A stretch of DNA of 64,000 bases from an uncultured Clostridium sp. (GTDB lineage Bacteria > Bacillota > Clostridia > TANB77 > CAG-508): NCBI GenBank assembly GCA_947647115.1, contig CANSJB010000001.1, forward strand, positions 1,971 through 65,970, read 5' to 3'. Below the pieces are notes generated by a model. The model ran no database searches. It had not been told where the DNA came from and saw nothing but the letters and a program-made list of their open reading frames with translations. Of this stretch, positions 10,784 through 21,286 are shown piece after piece (position 1 is the stretch's first letter; each line of letters begins with the position of its first letter). The translations under genes and the position numbers were made by a program.

Positions 10784-11413
10784 ATGAAAAAAGAAAATGT
10801 ATTACAAATTATTGATATTTTGAGGAAAACTTATCCAGATGCTAAATGTAGTTTAGATTTTGAAACACCTTTTCAAATGATGATTGCAGTTATGCTTTCT
10901 GCACAATGTACAGATGAAAGAGTAAATTTGACAACTCCTGCACTTTTTGCCAAATACCCTACAGCAGAGGCTATGGCAGATGCTCCTATTGAGGAATTAG
11001 AAACCTTAGTACATCCTTGTGGTTTTTATAAAAATAAGGCTAAAAACATGAAACTTGCCAGTCAAAAGATTTTAAAAGACTTTCATGGTGAAGTTCCTCA
11101 TAGTATGGAAGAGCTAATTACTATTCCTGGTGTTGGTAGAAAAAGTGCTAATGTTATTATGTTAGAAGCTTTTAATAATCCTCAAGGCATTGCAGTAGAT
11201 ACCCATGTAAAAAGAATTTCTAATCGTATTGGCTTTTCTAAACAAAGTGAACCAGAAAAAATTGAACAAGACTTATTAAAATTATTTCCAAAGGAATTTT
11301 ATAAAGATGCCAACCATATTTTAATTTGGCATGGTAGAAATACTTGTACTGCTAGAAATGCAAAGTGTAATGATTGTCCTCTTTTTGACAATTGCCTTAA
11401 AAATTTATCTTAA
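10784..11413 (+). CDS. nth: Endonuclease III
   Basis: HhH-GPD domain and a C-terminal Cys cluster (CTARNAKCNDCPLFDNC), 209 aa. Confidence 0.9.
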   Translation: MKKENVLQIIDILRKTYPDAKCSLDFETPFQMMIAVMLSAQCTDERVNLTTPALFAKYPTAEAMADAPIEELETLVHPCGFYKNKAKNMKLASQKILKDFHGEVPHSMEELITIPGVGRKSANVIMLEAFNNPQGIAVDTHVKRISNRIGFSKQSEPEKIEQDLLKLFPKEFYKDANHILIWHGRNTCTARNAKCNDCPLFDNCLKNLS

Positions 11414-11503
11414 TATTTTTTATTATTTTGTATTTTTACTGTCTTAATAAATCGTGCATAATTTTATTATTTTGATTTATACTAATAACTAGAGGTGATA
11501 ATT

Positions 11504-11647
11504 TTGACTAATATTAATTGTTCTGAAAATTGTATTTATCAAAAAGATGGAAAGTGCTCTCTTGAAAATATCTCACAACAAACAGTAAATCAGCATTCTT
11601 CTTGTGCTTATTTTGTAGGGTCAAAGTTGCCTAGTACGAAAAAATAA
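11504..11647 (+). CDS. Small Cys-rich protein (DUF1540-like), TTG start
   Basis: RBS AGAGGTGA. 47 aa with a repeated CxxxC/CxYxxxGxC pattern, resembling small sporulation-associated DUF1540 proteins. Confidence 0.3.
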   Translation: MTNINCSENCIYQKDGKCSLENISQQTVNQHSSCAYFVGSKLPSTKK

Positions 11648-11740
11648 ATAGAAAAATGATTTCTTGACATTCTTCCTTAAATGATATATATTTATTTTAC
11701 ATTGTAACTTTAAATAGAAAAAGAAAGGAAGAAATTTTTT

Positions 11741-12895
11741 ATGTTTAAATTATCTAAAATATCCAAAATTTTAATTTTGAGCATTGTACTTTTATTGGTA
11801 TGTTCTTGTGGCTGCATGGCTGCTAATACTAACTCAGCTCCATCTAATGATACTACCAAAACAGAGGACAAAAATACTTCTGGTTCTAGCAATCTTTCTG
11901 TTATGAATACCGACCTATATTTAGCAGAAGATGATGTTACCATTAGTGATGTCATTAATGGCAATGCTTTTGTTTATGCTAAAAATGTTACTATTACAGG
12001 ACAAATTTATGGTGATTTATTTGTGTTTGCAAGTAATATAACAATTGCAGAAAGTGCTTTAATTGCCAATAGCCTATATGTTTGTGGAAATACAATTGTA
12101 TTTCATGGGCAAGCAAATGATGTATATGCTTTTGCACAAAGTTTTACTTCTAAAGAAAATTCTTATATTAACAGAGATCTAAAACTTTATGGTGCACAAG
12201 TTACTTTAAATGGTCTTATTCAAAGAGATGCTTATATTGCTGTTGCAAATATGGCAATTTCAGAATCTGCTCAAGGTATTATTGGTGGCAACTTACATTA
12301 TAGTGCTTCTAAAGAACAAAATATCCCAAAAGGAGCAGTTATTGGTAAAGTAGAATTTTCACAATTTACCACTCCTGAAGTAACACCTGGACAAATTGTT
12401 TTAAATTATGTTATAAAATTTGTAAGGGTACTTGTTTATGCCATTGCTATTATTTTATTTGCTGTATTGGTTACTTCTAATTTTCCTGCTAAAGCAACTT
12501 ATTGTATGAGCCAAAAGCCTTTTGTAAGTGCAAGTATTGGAATTTTAGCTTTTGCAGCTATTCCTATTGTTAGTATTATTTTATTAGTAACTAACTTTTT
12601 CACCTATGTTGGTATAGCACTTTTGGCACTTTATATCTTTATGCTTTCTATTACTATTGCTATATTAGGTATTGCTGTTGGTAATTATGCTACTAACAAG
12701 TTTACCAAAAAACAAACAAAGGCGAAGGTTATTTTATTTTCTCTTGCTGCTGTAACAGTAATATGGTTACTACAATTAATTCCTATCATAGGTGGTTGGA
12801 TATCTATTTTTACTGTTGTTTTTGGTTTCGGAATTTTACTATATTCTATTTTTCTAAAAAAAGACATTAGTAAATTAGATACTGCTCAAAAGTAA
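11741..12895 (+). CDS. Hypothetical lipoprotein/membrane protein with a repetitive beta-helix-like central region and C-terminal TM helices
   Basis: Signal peptide with lipobox LLVCSCGC, repeated xVxIxGxIxGDLF-type units, and 5-6 C-terminal TM helices. Confidence 0.6.
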   Translation: MFKLSKISKILILSIVLLLVCSCGCMAANTNSAPSNDTTKTEDKNTSGSSNLSVMNTDLYLAEDDVTISDVINGNAFVYAKNVTITGQIYGDLFVFASNITIAESALIANSLYVCGNTIVFHGQANDVYAFAQSFTSKENSYINRDLKLYGAQVTLNGLIQRDAYIAVANMAISESAQGIIGGNLHYSASKEQNIPKGAVIGKVEFSQFTTPEVTPGQIVLNYVIKFVRVLVYAIAIILFAVLVTSNFPAKATYCMSQKPFVSASIGILAFAAIPIVSIILLVTNFFTYVGIALLALYIFMLSITIAILGIAVGNYATNKFTKKQTKAKVILFSLAAVTVIWLLQLIPIIGGWISIFTVVFGFGILLYSIFLKKDISKLDTAQK

Positions 12896-12904
12896 TAAAA
12901 ATAG

Positions 12905-12950
12905 AAATAAAAGAGGAAGAACTTTGTGTTTAGTTCTTCCTTTTTTATTT
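12905..12950 (+). terminator. Rho-independent terminator
   Basis: AGGAAGAAC...GTTCTTCCT stem followed by TTTTTTATTTT. Confidence 0.6.
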
Positions 12951-13004
12951 TATCCATCTTTCATTTCATTTTATTAGTTTATGATTTTCACACTTTAACT
13001 GTTT

Positions 13005-13667
13005 TTATTCTTGTTTTAATTTTTGTACCGTTTCTAGATAGTTATTAGAATTTATTAGAGCACTACCTATAACCATTACATTTACTCCTGCTTGTTTTAT
13101 TTGTTCTGCATTTTCTAAGCCAATTCCCCCATCTGCTTGTATATCTATTTCTAAGTTATGTTCTTTTAGGTATTTACTTAAATTTTGTATTTTTGAAATC
13201 GTTTGTAGTATTAGTTTTTGCCCTCCTTCTCCTGGCTCAACTGTCATTACTAATACCATATGAATATATGGTAAATACTCATATATTTCCTCTATATTGG
13301 TCTGGGGCTTAATAGCAATCCCTACTCTTACATTGTTTTGTTTGCCATATTCTATCCATTCCATTACTTGCTTTTTATTTTTAGCTGCTTCTAAGTGAAA
13401 TGTTATTATATTAGGCTCGAAAACTAAAAAGCTGTCCATATACATTTTTACATCTTCTACCATTAAATGAACATCTAATGGTAGGTTTGAAATGCTATTT
13501 AAATACTCACAGTTTTCTAACATTTTATTAACTGTATTATTTTTTACAAATTGACCATCCATAACATCAATATGAAAGTAGTTTATTTTGGCTGTTTCTA
13601 GATTGTATAGAGTTTGAATTGCATTTTCGTTTTTCATATTTAAAAGAGATGCTGCTATTTCTACCAT
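13005..13667 (-). CDS. rpe: Ribulose-phosphate 3-epimerase
   Basis: HIDVMDG, HLMV and VMTVEPGEGGQ motifs. Confidence 0.85.
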   Translation of the reverse strand: MVEIAASLLNMKNENAIQTLYNLETAKINYFHIDVMDGQFVKNNTVNKMLENCEYLNSISNLPLDVHLMVEDVKMYMDSFLVFEPNIITFHLEAAKNKKQVMEWIEYGKQNNVRVGIAIKPQTNIEEIYEYLPYIHMVLVMTVEPGEGGQKLILQTISKIQNLSKYLKEHNLEIDIQADGGIGLENAEQIKQAGVNVMVIGSALINSNNYLETVQKLKQE

Positions 13668-14539
13668 TTTTGCTCCTTTTCTTTTAATTCTTGATAAATT
13701 TTTTGATAGTTCTGATACCTCGTTTTGGCAATTTTTCCTTTTTCTATGCCTTGTTTGATGCCACAGTTTTCTTCTTTTATATGATTACATCCTGCATATT
13801 CACATTGCCCTAAATATGGCTCAAATTCTATAAAGTATCTGTCCAAATCATTACTTGAAATTTCAGATAGTTCAAAGGTTGAAAACCCTGGTGTATCTGC
13901 TATATATGAACTTTCATCACAAGAATATAAGGTTACTTTAGTAGTGGTATTTTTGCCTTTTTGATTTTTGTTACTTATTTCCCCTTCTTGTGTGATTTCT
14001 TTTTTAAAAATGTTGTTTAATAAAGTGGATTTTCCTACACCAGAATTTCCTGCTAGAGCAGTAATTTGATTTTGTAAATAGGTTTTAAGTTTTATTATTT
14101 CTGATGGTTGTTTTGCATTTGTTTCTAATACATGATATCCAATTTCTTTATAAATTTTAGCTATTTGTTTTGTTTGTTCTTCTAGTACCAAGTCTGTTTT
14201 ATTTAAAATAATAATACTATTTACATCAAGCCATTTGGCAAATATTAATTGTTTATCTAGTAGTAATAAGTCTGGTTTTGGCATTTTCATTGAAACTACA
14301 AAAATGAGCTGTGTTAAGTTTGCCATTTTAGGGCGCTTTAGCTCATTTTGACGGGGCATTATTTCTTCTATAATGCCCTCTTTTTTATTTTCTTCTATCA
14401 TAATTTCTACTTTGTCACCTGGCAATGGTGCTATTTTTTCTTTCTTAAATTTTCCCCTTGCCAGGCAGTTATATACTTCATTTTCTACTTTTACTTGGTA
14501 TAGATTTGAGCTGGTACAAATTACGATTCCTTTTGGCAT
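13661..14539 (-). CDS. rsgA: Ribosome small-subunit-dependent GTPase A
   Basis: GNSGVGKSTLLN P-loop and a C-terminal zinc knuckle CEYAGCNHIKEENC. Confidence 0.85.
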   Translation of the reverse strand: MPKGIVICTSSNLYQVKVENEVYNCLARGKFKKEKIAPLPGDKVEIMIEENKKEGIIEEIMPRQNELKRPKMANLTQLIFVVSMKMPKPDLLLLDKQLIFAKWLDVNSIIILNKTDLVLEEQTKQIAKIYKEIGYHVLETNAKQPSEIIKLKTYLQNQITALAGNSGVGKSTLLNNIFKKEITQEGEISNKNQKGKNTTTKVTLYSCDESSYIADTPGFSTFELSEISSNDLDRYFIEFEPYLGQCEYAGCNHIKEENCGIKQGIEKGKIAKTRYQNYQKIYQELKEKEQKW

Positions 14540-14550
14540 ATATGCTCCTT

Positions 14551-16524
14551 TTAGTCTATAATTAAAACTGGGTTTGTTACTGTTAAGTCAAATTGTTTTT
14601 CTGAAATTTTTACATCATCTGCAAATATTTTAACAGTTACTGTACCTTTTCCTGATGCATTTGCTGTAACATTTGTTGCATCTTTTCTTTGTTTATCCCT
14701 ATATACAGTATCTCCATTTACTTCTATTCTTAGCTCTACTGTTGGGTTTATTTCATTTCCTTCTTCATCTACATCAATAGTTGCTTTGCTACCTAATACA
14801 GATTTTAAGTTTAATTTAATTTCTCCTGTTTTGATAGCTTCTATTTTATTTACTGTAATGGTTATCTTTGTTTTTTCATCAACTGTTGTTCCTGTTTCAA
14901 TGCTTTGTCTTAATACTTTACCATTTACTTTTGTAGTGTCTTCTTCATAAACTACTATTACATCTAAGTCTTTTAATTTCTTTTTAGCATCTGATTCTGT
15001 ATCTCCTACTACATATGGAACTACTACTTGTTTAATTCCAGTTCCTATACTTACATATATTTTTACAGTTTCACCTGCTTTTAGTTCTACCCCTTCTTCT
15101 GGGTTTTGTTTTATAACAACACCTTCTTCTACTGTTTTACTAGTTTCTTCTATTTTTTCTACTTCTAGATGTAATTCATCTTTCAATAAACTTTGAGCCT
15201 CTTCCAATTTCATTCCCACTACTTTTTTCATGGTTACCATTTCAGTACCTTTACTAACTACTACTTTTATAACGGTATCTTCTTTTACTTGGTAATTTTC
15301 TACAAAAGGTGGCTCTTGTGAAATAATTTTGTCTTTTTCTACTTGTTCATCAAATACTTCTTCTGTTACTTCTATTTTTAATTTAGTATCTCCAAGCATG
15401 CTATTTGCCTCTTCTAAAGTTTTTCCTACAAAGTCTGGTAAATCTACATTTTTAGGTTGCCCACTACTCAAAATAGCTTGTGTTCCAAAGAATCCTGCTA
15501 TTGGTACAATCGCAAGTACTGCTATAATAGCAACTGTTATCCATACTTTTTTTGCTGCAGGGTGTTTTGTAAAATATCCTTCTTGTTTTCTTTCTTTTTT
15601 ATTTTCTTGTCTACTTTCCATTTTTACATCTTCTCCTATCGTTGGAATTCTTTGTGTGTATTGCATATTTTCTGCATTACTTTTTACAAAGTTTCCTTCT
15701 GGGTTTTTTAGTGCTAAACTTAGGTCTTTTAATAGTTCAGTTGCATTTTGATATCTTAGGCTAATATCCTTTTCCATTGCTTTCATAATAATTTTATTAA
15801 TTGCAAATGGAATAGAAGGGTTTAGTTTGATTGGCTCTATTGGCTTTTCTTGCATATGCTTTAAGGCAATAGATACTGGTGTATCTGCATCAAATGGTAC
15901 TCTGCCTGTTAGCATTTCATACATTACTACTCCTAAAGAGTAAATATCTGATTTGGCATCTGTATACCCTCCACGTGCATGTTCTGGTGAAAAATAATGG
16001 ACAGAACCAATGGTAGTGCCAAAAGCTGTAATAGTAGAATTAGATACTGCTTTAGCAATTCCAAAATCGGTTACTTTTGCAATACCATCTTCTGTAATAA
16101 TAATATTATGTGGTTTTATATCTCTATGTACAATATTATTTTTATGGGCAGTTTCTAATGCTGATGCTACTTGAATGGCAATATTGACAGACCATTTCCA
16201 TGGTAATACTCCATCTTCATTAATAATTGCTTTTAAGGTTTTTCCTTGTACTAATTCCATTACAATGTAGTGTGTATGTTCTTCATGTCCTACATCAAAA
16301 ATAGAAACAATATTTGGATGGGTAAGGCTTGCTGCTGATTGTGCCTCTGTATTAAATCTTTTGATAAATTCTTCATCTGTAATAAATTCATCTCTTAATA
16401 CTTTTACCGCTACATATCTTTTTAGGATATTACATCTGGCTTTATACACAGCTGCCATACCGCCTTCTCCTATTTTTTCCAGTATTTCATATCGATTTCC
16501 TATTACTTTACCTACTAAATTCAT
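14551..16524 (-). CDS. prkC: Ser/Thr protein kinase with PASTA repeats
   Basis: Hanks kinase motifs (HRDIKPHN, DFG), a TM helix and C-terminal PASTA repeats. Confidence 0.85.
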   Translation of the reverse strand: MNLVGKVIGNRYEILEKIGEGGMAAVYKARCNILKRYVAVKVLRDEFITDEEFIKRFNTEAQSAASLTHPNIVSIFDVGHEEHTHYIVMELVQGKTLKAIINEDGVLPWKWSVNIAIQVASALETAHKNNIVHRDIKPHNIIITEDGIAKVTDFGIAKAVSNSTITAFGTTIGSVHYFSPEHARGGYTDAKSDIYSLGVVMYEMLTGRVPFDADTPVSIALKHMQEKPIEPIKLNPSIPFAINKIIMKAMEKDISLRYQNATELLKDLSLALKNPEGNFVKSNAENMQYTQRIPTIGEDVKMESRQENKKERKQEGYFTKHPAAKKVWITVAIIAVLAIVPIAGFFGTQAILSSGQPKNVDLPDFVGKTLEEANSMLGDTKLKIEVTEEVFDEQVEKDKIISQEPPFVENYQVKEDTVIKVVVSKGTEMVTMKKVVGMKLEEAQSLLKDELHLEVEKIEETSKTVEEGVVIKQNPEEGVELKAGETVKIYVSIGTGIKQVVVPYVVGDTESDAKKKLKDLDVIVVYEEDTTKVNGKVLRQSIETGTTVDEKTKITITVNKIEAIKTGEIKLNLKSVLGSKATIDVDEEGNEINPTVELRIEVNGDTVYRDKQRKDATNVTANASGKGTVTVKIFADDVKISEKQFDLTVTNPVLIID

Positions 16525-16539
16525 ATGTTTTTCTCTCCC

Positions 16540-17265
16540 CTATATTATTGTTATAATAGTAATATTGTCATATCCACCAGCTTCATTTGCAAGTTGTACT
16601 AATTTTTCTGGTGCTGTTTTTGGATTTTGTCTTATAATTTGATAAATATCTTCTTCTTCTAACATATTGGTTAGTCCATCTGAACACATTACTAAGATGT
16701 CGTTTTCTTCTATATTTCTTATTCTTACATCTGGTTCTACACAGCTAGTGCAACCTAAAGCTTTTGTAAGCATATTTTTCTTTGGATGATGGTTTGCTTC
16801 TTGTCTTGTAATTTTGCCATCTTCTACTAATTGTTGCACATAACTATGGTCTTTGGTTAATTTGCGTTCTCCCTTTTCTCTTAACCTATAAATTCTACTA
16901 TCTCCAACATGTCCAATATATACCTTATTATTATATATGAAACAAATATCTAAAGTAGTACCCATTCCTTGTAATTCTTCTGCTGTTTTTGATTTTTCAT
17001 ATACTATTTTATTGGCATATTCTATGCATTCCTTAATCAGTTCTATAATTGCTTCTTTTTCATGCTTAATTTGACTAAAATGATTTTCAAAATACCCTTT
17101 GGCTGAATCTACCGCTAATTTACTTGCTACTTCTCCACCATTATATCCTCCCATACCATCTGCTAAAATATAGAGTTGGATATCATTTTCTGATTCAGGT
17201 ATTAGATAATAGTCTTGGTTCATTTCTCTTGCTTTGCCAACATCGGTTTTAGCAAAACCTCTCAT
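16540..17265 (-). CDS. stp: PP2C-family Ser/Thr phosphatase
   Basis: ADGMGG and DGL motifs. Adjacent to prkC. Confidence 0.85.
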   Translation of the reverse strand: MRGFAKTDVGKAREMNQDYYLIPESENDIQLYILADGMGGYNGGEVASKLAVDSAKGYFENHFSQIKHEKEAIIELIKECIEYANKIVYEKSKTAEELQGMGTTLDICFIYNNKVYIGHVGDSRIYRLREKGERKLTKDHSYVQQLVEDGKITRQEANHHPKKNMLTKALGCTSCVEPDVRIRNIEENDILVMCSDGLTNMLEEEDIYQIIRQNPKTAPEKLVQLANEAGGYDNITIITII

Positions 17266-17282
17266 TTAGTTTCCTCCTATTT

Positions 17283-18305
17283 TTAGTTTAAATTCTTTCT
17301 TCTTAATTGACCACAAGCAGCATCTATGTCACTTCCAAGTTCTCTCCTAATTGTTGCTACAATGCCATGTTCGTTTAAATAGTCTCGAAATCTTATAATA
17401 TTTTCATTACTACTTTTTACAAAACCACCCTTTTCAATTTTGTTAATTGGTATTAGGTTTACATGGCAAAGCATGCCTTTTAATAAGTTTACCAATGCTT
17501 TTGCATCTTCTATATTATCATTACTTTCTTTGGCTAGTGCATATTCAAATGAAATTCTTTTATTGGTCTTTGCAATATAACATTTGCAAGCTTCTATAAG
17601 TTCTTCAATTGGATATAAGTTATTTACTGGCATCATTTGACTTCTTTTTTGATTGTTTGTTGCATGGAGTGAAATCGACAAAGTACATTGTAAATCTTCT
17701 TTAGCAAAATCATAAATACGTGGTACTACACCTGAAGTAGATACGCTAATATGCCTTGCTCCAATATTTAAACCTTTGGGATGATTTAAAATTTTAATAG
17801 CTCTCATAACATTATCATAATTATCAAATGGTTCTCCAATCCCCATAAAAACAATATTAGAGATAGATTCTTTTATGTCTTGCTCTACTGCAAGTACTTG
17901 TTCTACAATTTCACCACTGCTTAAATTTCTTATAAATGCAATACCTGTAGAGGCACAAAACTTACATCCCATTTTGCAACCTATTTGGGATGAAACACAA
18001 ATGGTTTTACCATGGTGATATTGCATTACTACAGTTTCAATAGCATTTCCATCTAATACATCAAATAAGTATTTTATAGTTCCATCTGATGATTCTTGCT
18101 TTTTTAAAATTTCAAAATTACACATATGGTAGCTTTGTTTTAGTTTTTCCCTAAGTTCTAATGATAAATTTGTCATATCCTCTATCTGTTTTACTTTTTC
18201 TTTATAGAGCCAGCTAAAAATTTGCTCTGCTCTATATGGTTTTTCTTCTAGGGAAATAAGTTCTTGCTTTAATTCTTCTAAAGAATAATCTTTGATATTT
18301 TTCAT
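17283..18305 (-). CDS. rlmN: 23S rRNA/tRNA (adenine-C2) methyltransferase RlmN (radical SAM)
   Basis: CxxxCxxC (CKMGCKFCAS), 340 aa. Confidence 0.85.
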   Translation of the reverse strand: MKNIKDYSLEELKQELISLEEKPYRAEQIFSWLYKEKVKQIEDMTNLSLELREKLKQSYHMCNFEILKKQESSDGTIKYLFDVLDGNAIETVVMQYHHGKTICVSSQIGCKMGCKFCASTGIAFIRNLSSGEIVEQVLAVEQDIKESISNIVFMGIGEPFDNYDNVMRAIKILNHPKGLNIGARHISVSTSGVVPRIYDFAKEDLQCTLSISLHATNNQKRSQMMPVNNLYPIEELIEACKCYIAKTNKRISFEYALAKESNDNIEDAKALVNLLKGMLCHVNLIPINKIEKGGFVKSSNENIIRFRDYLNEHGIVATIRRELGSDIDAACGQLRRKNLN

Positions 18306-18417
18306 CGTTTTATTTTTTATTTTTTTCGTCCTTCCGTAAGGCTTTCATTCTTATTGTCATTTATATCATAATTGCTTTTTTTTTTCAATAGTTTGTACTA
18401 ATTTTAAATACCTTTTC

Positions 18418-19170
18418 TTATTTATTTTTTGAAAGTTGCTTAAATTTTTTAAGTCTTTCGTTATAAGCTTCTATTAGTTCTTTTTCATAAGCAAGTGTTG
18501 GGTTTTGTATTTGCATCCTTTGCATTAGTTTTATGGTAAATAATGGGTTTAAAATTAGGAGTGGACCTATCATGTAAGTAGCTATAAAATTGTTTTGTTT
18601 TATGCCTTCTAATTTTGTTTGCTCATTCATTCCAATTCCCATCTCTACTTCTGAAAAGTAATTTTTTGTGTTATCTCCATATAGCATGGTAAATTGACTT
18701 TTAAAGCCTACCAATTCTATATCTTCATACTTTCCTAAAAACATGCTATTATGTCTATTTAACATATTTCTTTTACTATAAATGTCAAATATATCAAGTG
18801 CTTCTATTTTGCTGCCATCTTCATTTTCTATATACTTTCCTAGAACCTCTACACTATTACCTGTAAATAAAAAAACTTGTCCTTTTTCTATTAGGTCTTT
18901 GATTCTATTTTTATAAGGCATTAGTTTTTGAATAACAATTTCTTGTGCCCTTTCTGATAAAGTCCCCATATAGATAAGTGAAATATCGTCTTTTGTTACA
19001 AATAATGGTTCATCATTAATCGCAGTTTCTACTATTTTAGCTTCTGGTAAACACTTTTTTAAATACTCTATATTACCAATATCACCATTTAAATTACCAA
19101 ATTCAGAATACAAAATTTCTATTTCCATTTTTGATTCACTCCTAAGCTTTAAAATTTTATGCTTTTTCAA
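18418..19170 (-). CDS. gatD: Lipid II isoglutaminyl synthase glutaminase subunit GatD (CobQ-type GATase)
   Basis: 250-aa CobB/CobQ-like GATase domain overlapping the upstream murT by 14 nt. Confidence 0.65.
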   Translation of the reverse strand: MKKHKILKLRSESKMEIEILYSEFGNLNGDIGNIEYLKKCLPEAKIVETAINDEPLFVTKDDISLIYMGTLSERAQEIVIQKLMPYKNRIKDLIEKGQVFLFTGNSVEVLGKYIENEDGSKIEALDIFDIYSKRNMLNRHNSMFLGKYEDIELVGFKSQFTMLYGDNTKNYFSEVEMGIGMNEQTKLEGIKQNNFIATYMIGPLLILNPLFTIKLMQRMQIQNPTLAYEKELIEAYNERLKKFKQLSKNK

Positions 19171-20533
19171 TTAGTTCTTTTACTCTTTGCTTGATTTGCT
19201 TTGTTTCTTCAATAGAATATAAGTCATGTAAGATAAAGATTTTTTCGATATCTTTTAATTCTAGCTCATTGGTTGCTTGTAATAACTCTTTTTTATGTAT
19301 CATTTTTTCTGGCTCAATTCCTGCAATTAGGCATCTTACATAAGAGTCTAGGTAACGTGGTCCTGCAATAATTACCTGCTTAATTGATGGGTCTTTTAAA
19401 AATTCATAATCGGTATCATAATACCATGCAATATTTTCAGAGCCATTGGCCTCTTCATGTAAGTCATCTAAAATAACAATAACTGCTTTATTTCCTTTTT
19501 GTTTTCTTACATAATTAAAAGCTTGGGAGCAAGCAATTGGGTTCATTCCTTTAGCAAGTTGGGTAACAATTTGATAGTTTTTATACTCTTCTTTACTATA
19601 CCTTGTTTCTACTATTTTTAGTTTTGCTAAAGATTGGTTAATTTGTTCTTGGGTAAGGTTTAGCTGTTTTAATACAATAATTACTGCTAGCATGTTGTAT
19701 ATATTAATCATATTATCATTAGCAATATCGTATATTTCCTCAGTTTCCTTTGTTTTTACTGTTATTTGCATATTGTTTAAGTCCACATTGGTTACTAGGT
19801 AGTCTGGATTGGGTGATTTATAGCTACAATTTGAGCAGCTTACTTTGCCAATATGATGATATCTGACATATTCATATTGTAGTTTTGATAAACAATGTGG
19901 GCATACTCTAATATCTCTAGTAATATTTTCACATTCTTCAGTATCAGTAGGAAGCCTTCCTATAGAGAAGTATATTTTTTTATTTTCATTTGCAATGTTG
20001 CTACAAATAATATCATCTGCATTTTCTATCATAATGGTATCTTTTGGAATATACTGATTTAAAATATCACTAATAAACTCTGTATGTGCATTACGCATTA
20101 AAGAGTCTCTAAAAAGGTTGGTGCATACTAAATAAGTTGGAGTTATATAAGGGTATACTTTGTTTGCACTTCTTTCATCAATTTCTAAAACAGCTAAGTC
20201 TTTTTTTGCTTTTCCTGTAAGGGTAGAGCCTTGAATTAATGTAGTTGCAATACCGCCATCTATATTAGAGCCATATTTATTATTGATAAAATCAAAACCA
20301 TTTTGCTTTAAAATATCATTAATCATGTTACAAGTAGTAGTTTTACCATTAGTACCTGTTACTCCTATAATGGTTTTTGGCTTTTGCAACATTCCCATAA
20401 AATGAGGACATATAAAAAGTGCTAATTTACCTGGAAAATAGGTTGCATTTCTTTTTAGTAGTTTTAAAAATGCACTAGAAAGCTTTGCTCCCCATAGTGC
20501 TATATAAAATTGAATGTTTTTTCTATATTCCAT
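19157..20533 (-). CDS. murT: Lipid II isoglutaminyl synthase MurT (Mur ligase family with a Cys4 ribbon and DUF1727)
   Basis: GVTGTNGKTTT P-loop, CPHC...CSNC zinc ribbon and a Mur-ligase C-terminal domain. Confidence 0.7.
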   Translation of the reverse strand: MEYRKNIQFYIALWGAKLSSAFLKLLKRNATYFPGKLALFICPHFMGMLQKPKTIIGVTGTNGKTTTCNMINDILKQNGFDFINNKYGSNIDGGIATTLIQGSTLTGKAKKDLAVLEIDERSANKVYPYITPTYLVCTNLFRDSLMRNAHTEFISDILNQYIPKDTIMIENADDIICSNIANENKKIYFSIGRLPTDTEECENITRDIRVCPHCLSKLQYEYVRYHHIGKVSCSNCSYKSPNPDYLVTNVDLNNMQITVKTKETEEIYDIANDNMINIYNMLAVIIVLKQLNLTQEQINQSLAKLKIVETRYSKEEYKNYQIVTQLAKGMNPIACSQAFNYVRKQKGNKAVIVILDDLHEEANGSENIAWYYDTDYEFLKDPSIKQVIIAGPRYLDSYVRCLIAGIEPEKMIHKKELLQATNELELKDIEKIFILHDLYSIEETKQIKQRVKELIEKA

Positions 20534-20687
20534 TTCTTACTCCTAAAAATTGTTTTTTACTTTTTTTAATTTTACCCTTCTTTTTTTGTTTTAGCAAGTA
20601 CTTTTTAATTTTTATGTAAAAAAAGCAGAAACCTTTACATTTCATAAAGGCTTCTATTATTATCTAAAATATAATTTGGCTTTTATA

Positions 20688-20909
20688 CTATTTTTGTAAT
20701 ATTTGTTCTATACCAGCTATTCTTTTTTCAAAAACTTGATTGGTCATGTCTGCAATTTCATTATATTCTTTTAGTTTTGCAAAGTTCCTCATATTTACTT
20801 TATGATATTGTTCCATTACTTTTTGATTTTCTATTTGTGCTTGTCTAATTTCTTTTAATAATTGCTCTGCTTCATCTACAAATCTTGTTAATTCTTCTAC
20901 TTTTAACAT
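20688..20909 (-). CDS. Hypothetical coiled-coil protein
   Basis: 73-aa ORF with a good RBS. Confidence 0.4.
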   Translation of the reverse strand: MLKVEELTRFVDEAEQLLKEIRQAQIENQKVMEQYHKVNMRNFAKLKEYNEIADMTNQVFEKRIAGIEQILQK

Positions 20910-21286
20910 GGCATATTCCTCCTATAATTTTTATTCTAGTTTTAAAATGATAACTTTAATACACCTCCTAATTAACATAGAGATTGCCCGCAAAAACTCC
21001 CTATATTACAAAAAGATTTTTTTGAATAAAATAGTTTGAAAATACTGCCGAAAAAATTAAAATGATTTTCCTAAAATTTAATTTGAATTAACTGTGCTAT
21101 ATTATAGAACTTTTGTTTTTTCTTGTCAATAGTTTTTTTCTATTTTTTTAATAATATTTCCATAAGAAGTTATCATGCCATTTGATATAAAAATTTAACT
21201 AATGTATTGGAATTTTAAATTTTTGATTGCATTTTATTTTAACTTTCTATATAATGTATCATAATAAAACTTGAGGAGGAATGTAT

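Noticed and set aside
20910-21280. A purine riboswitch upstream of deoD
   Set aside because: The 370-bp leader is AT-rich with no recognisable purine-riboswitch junction motifs.
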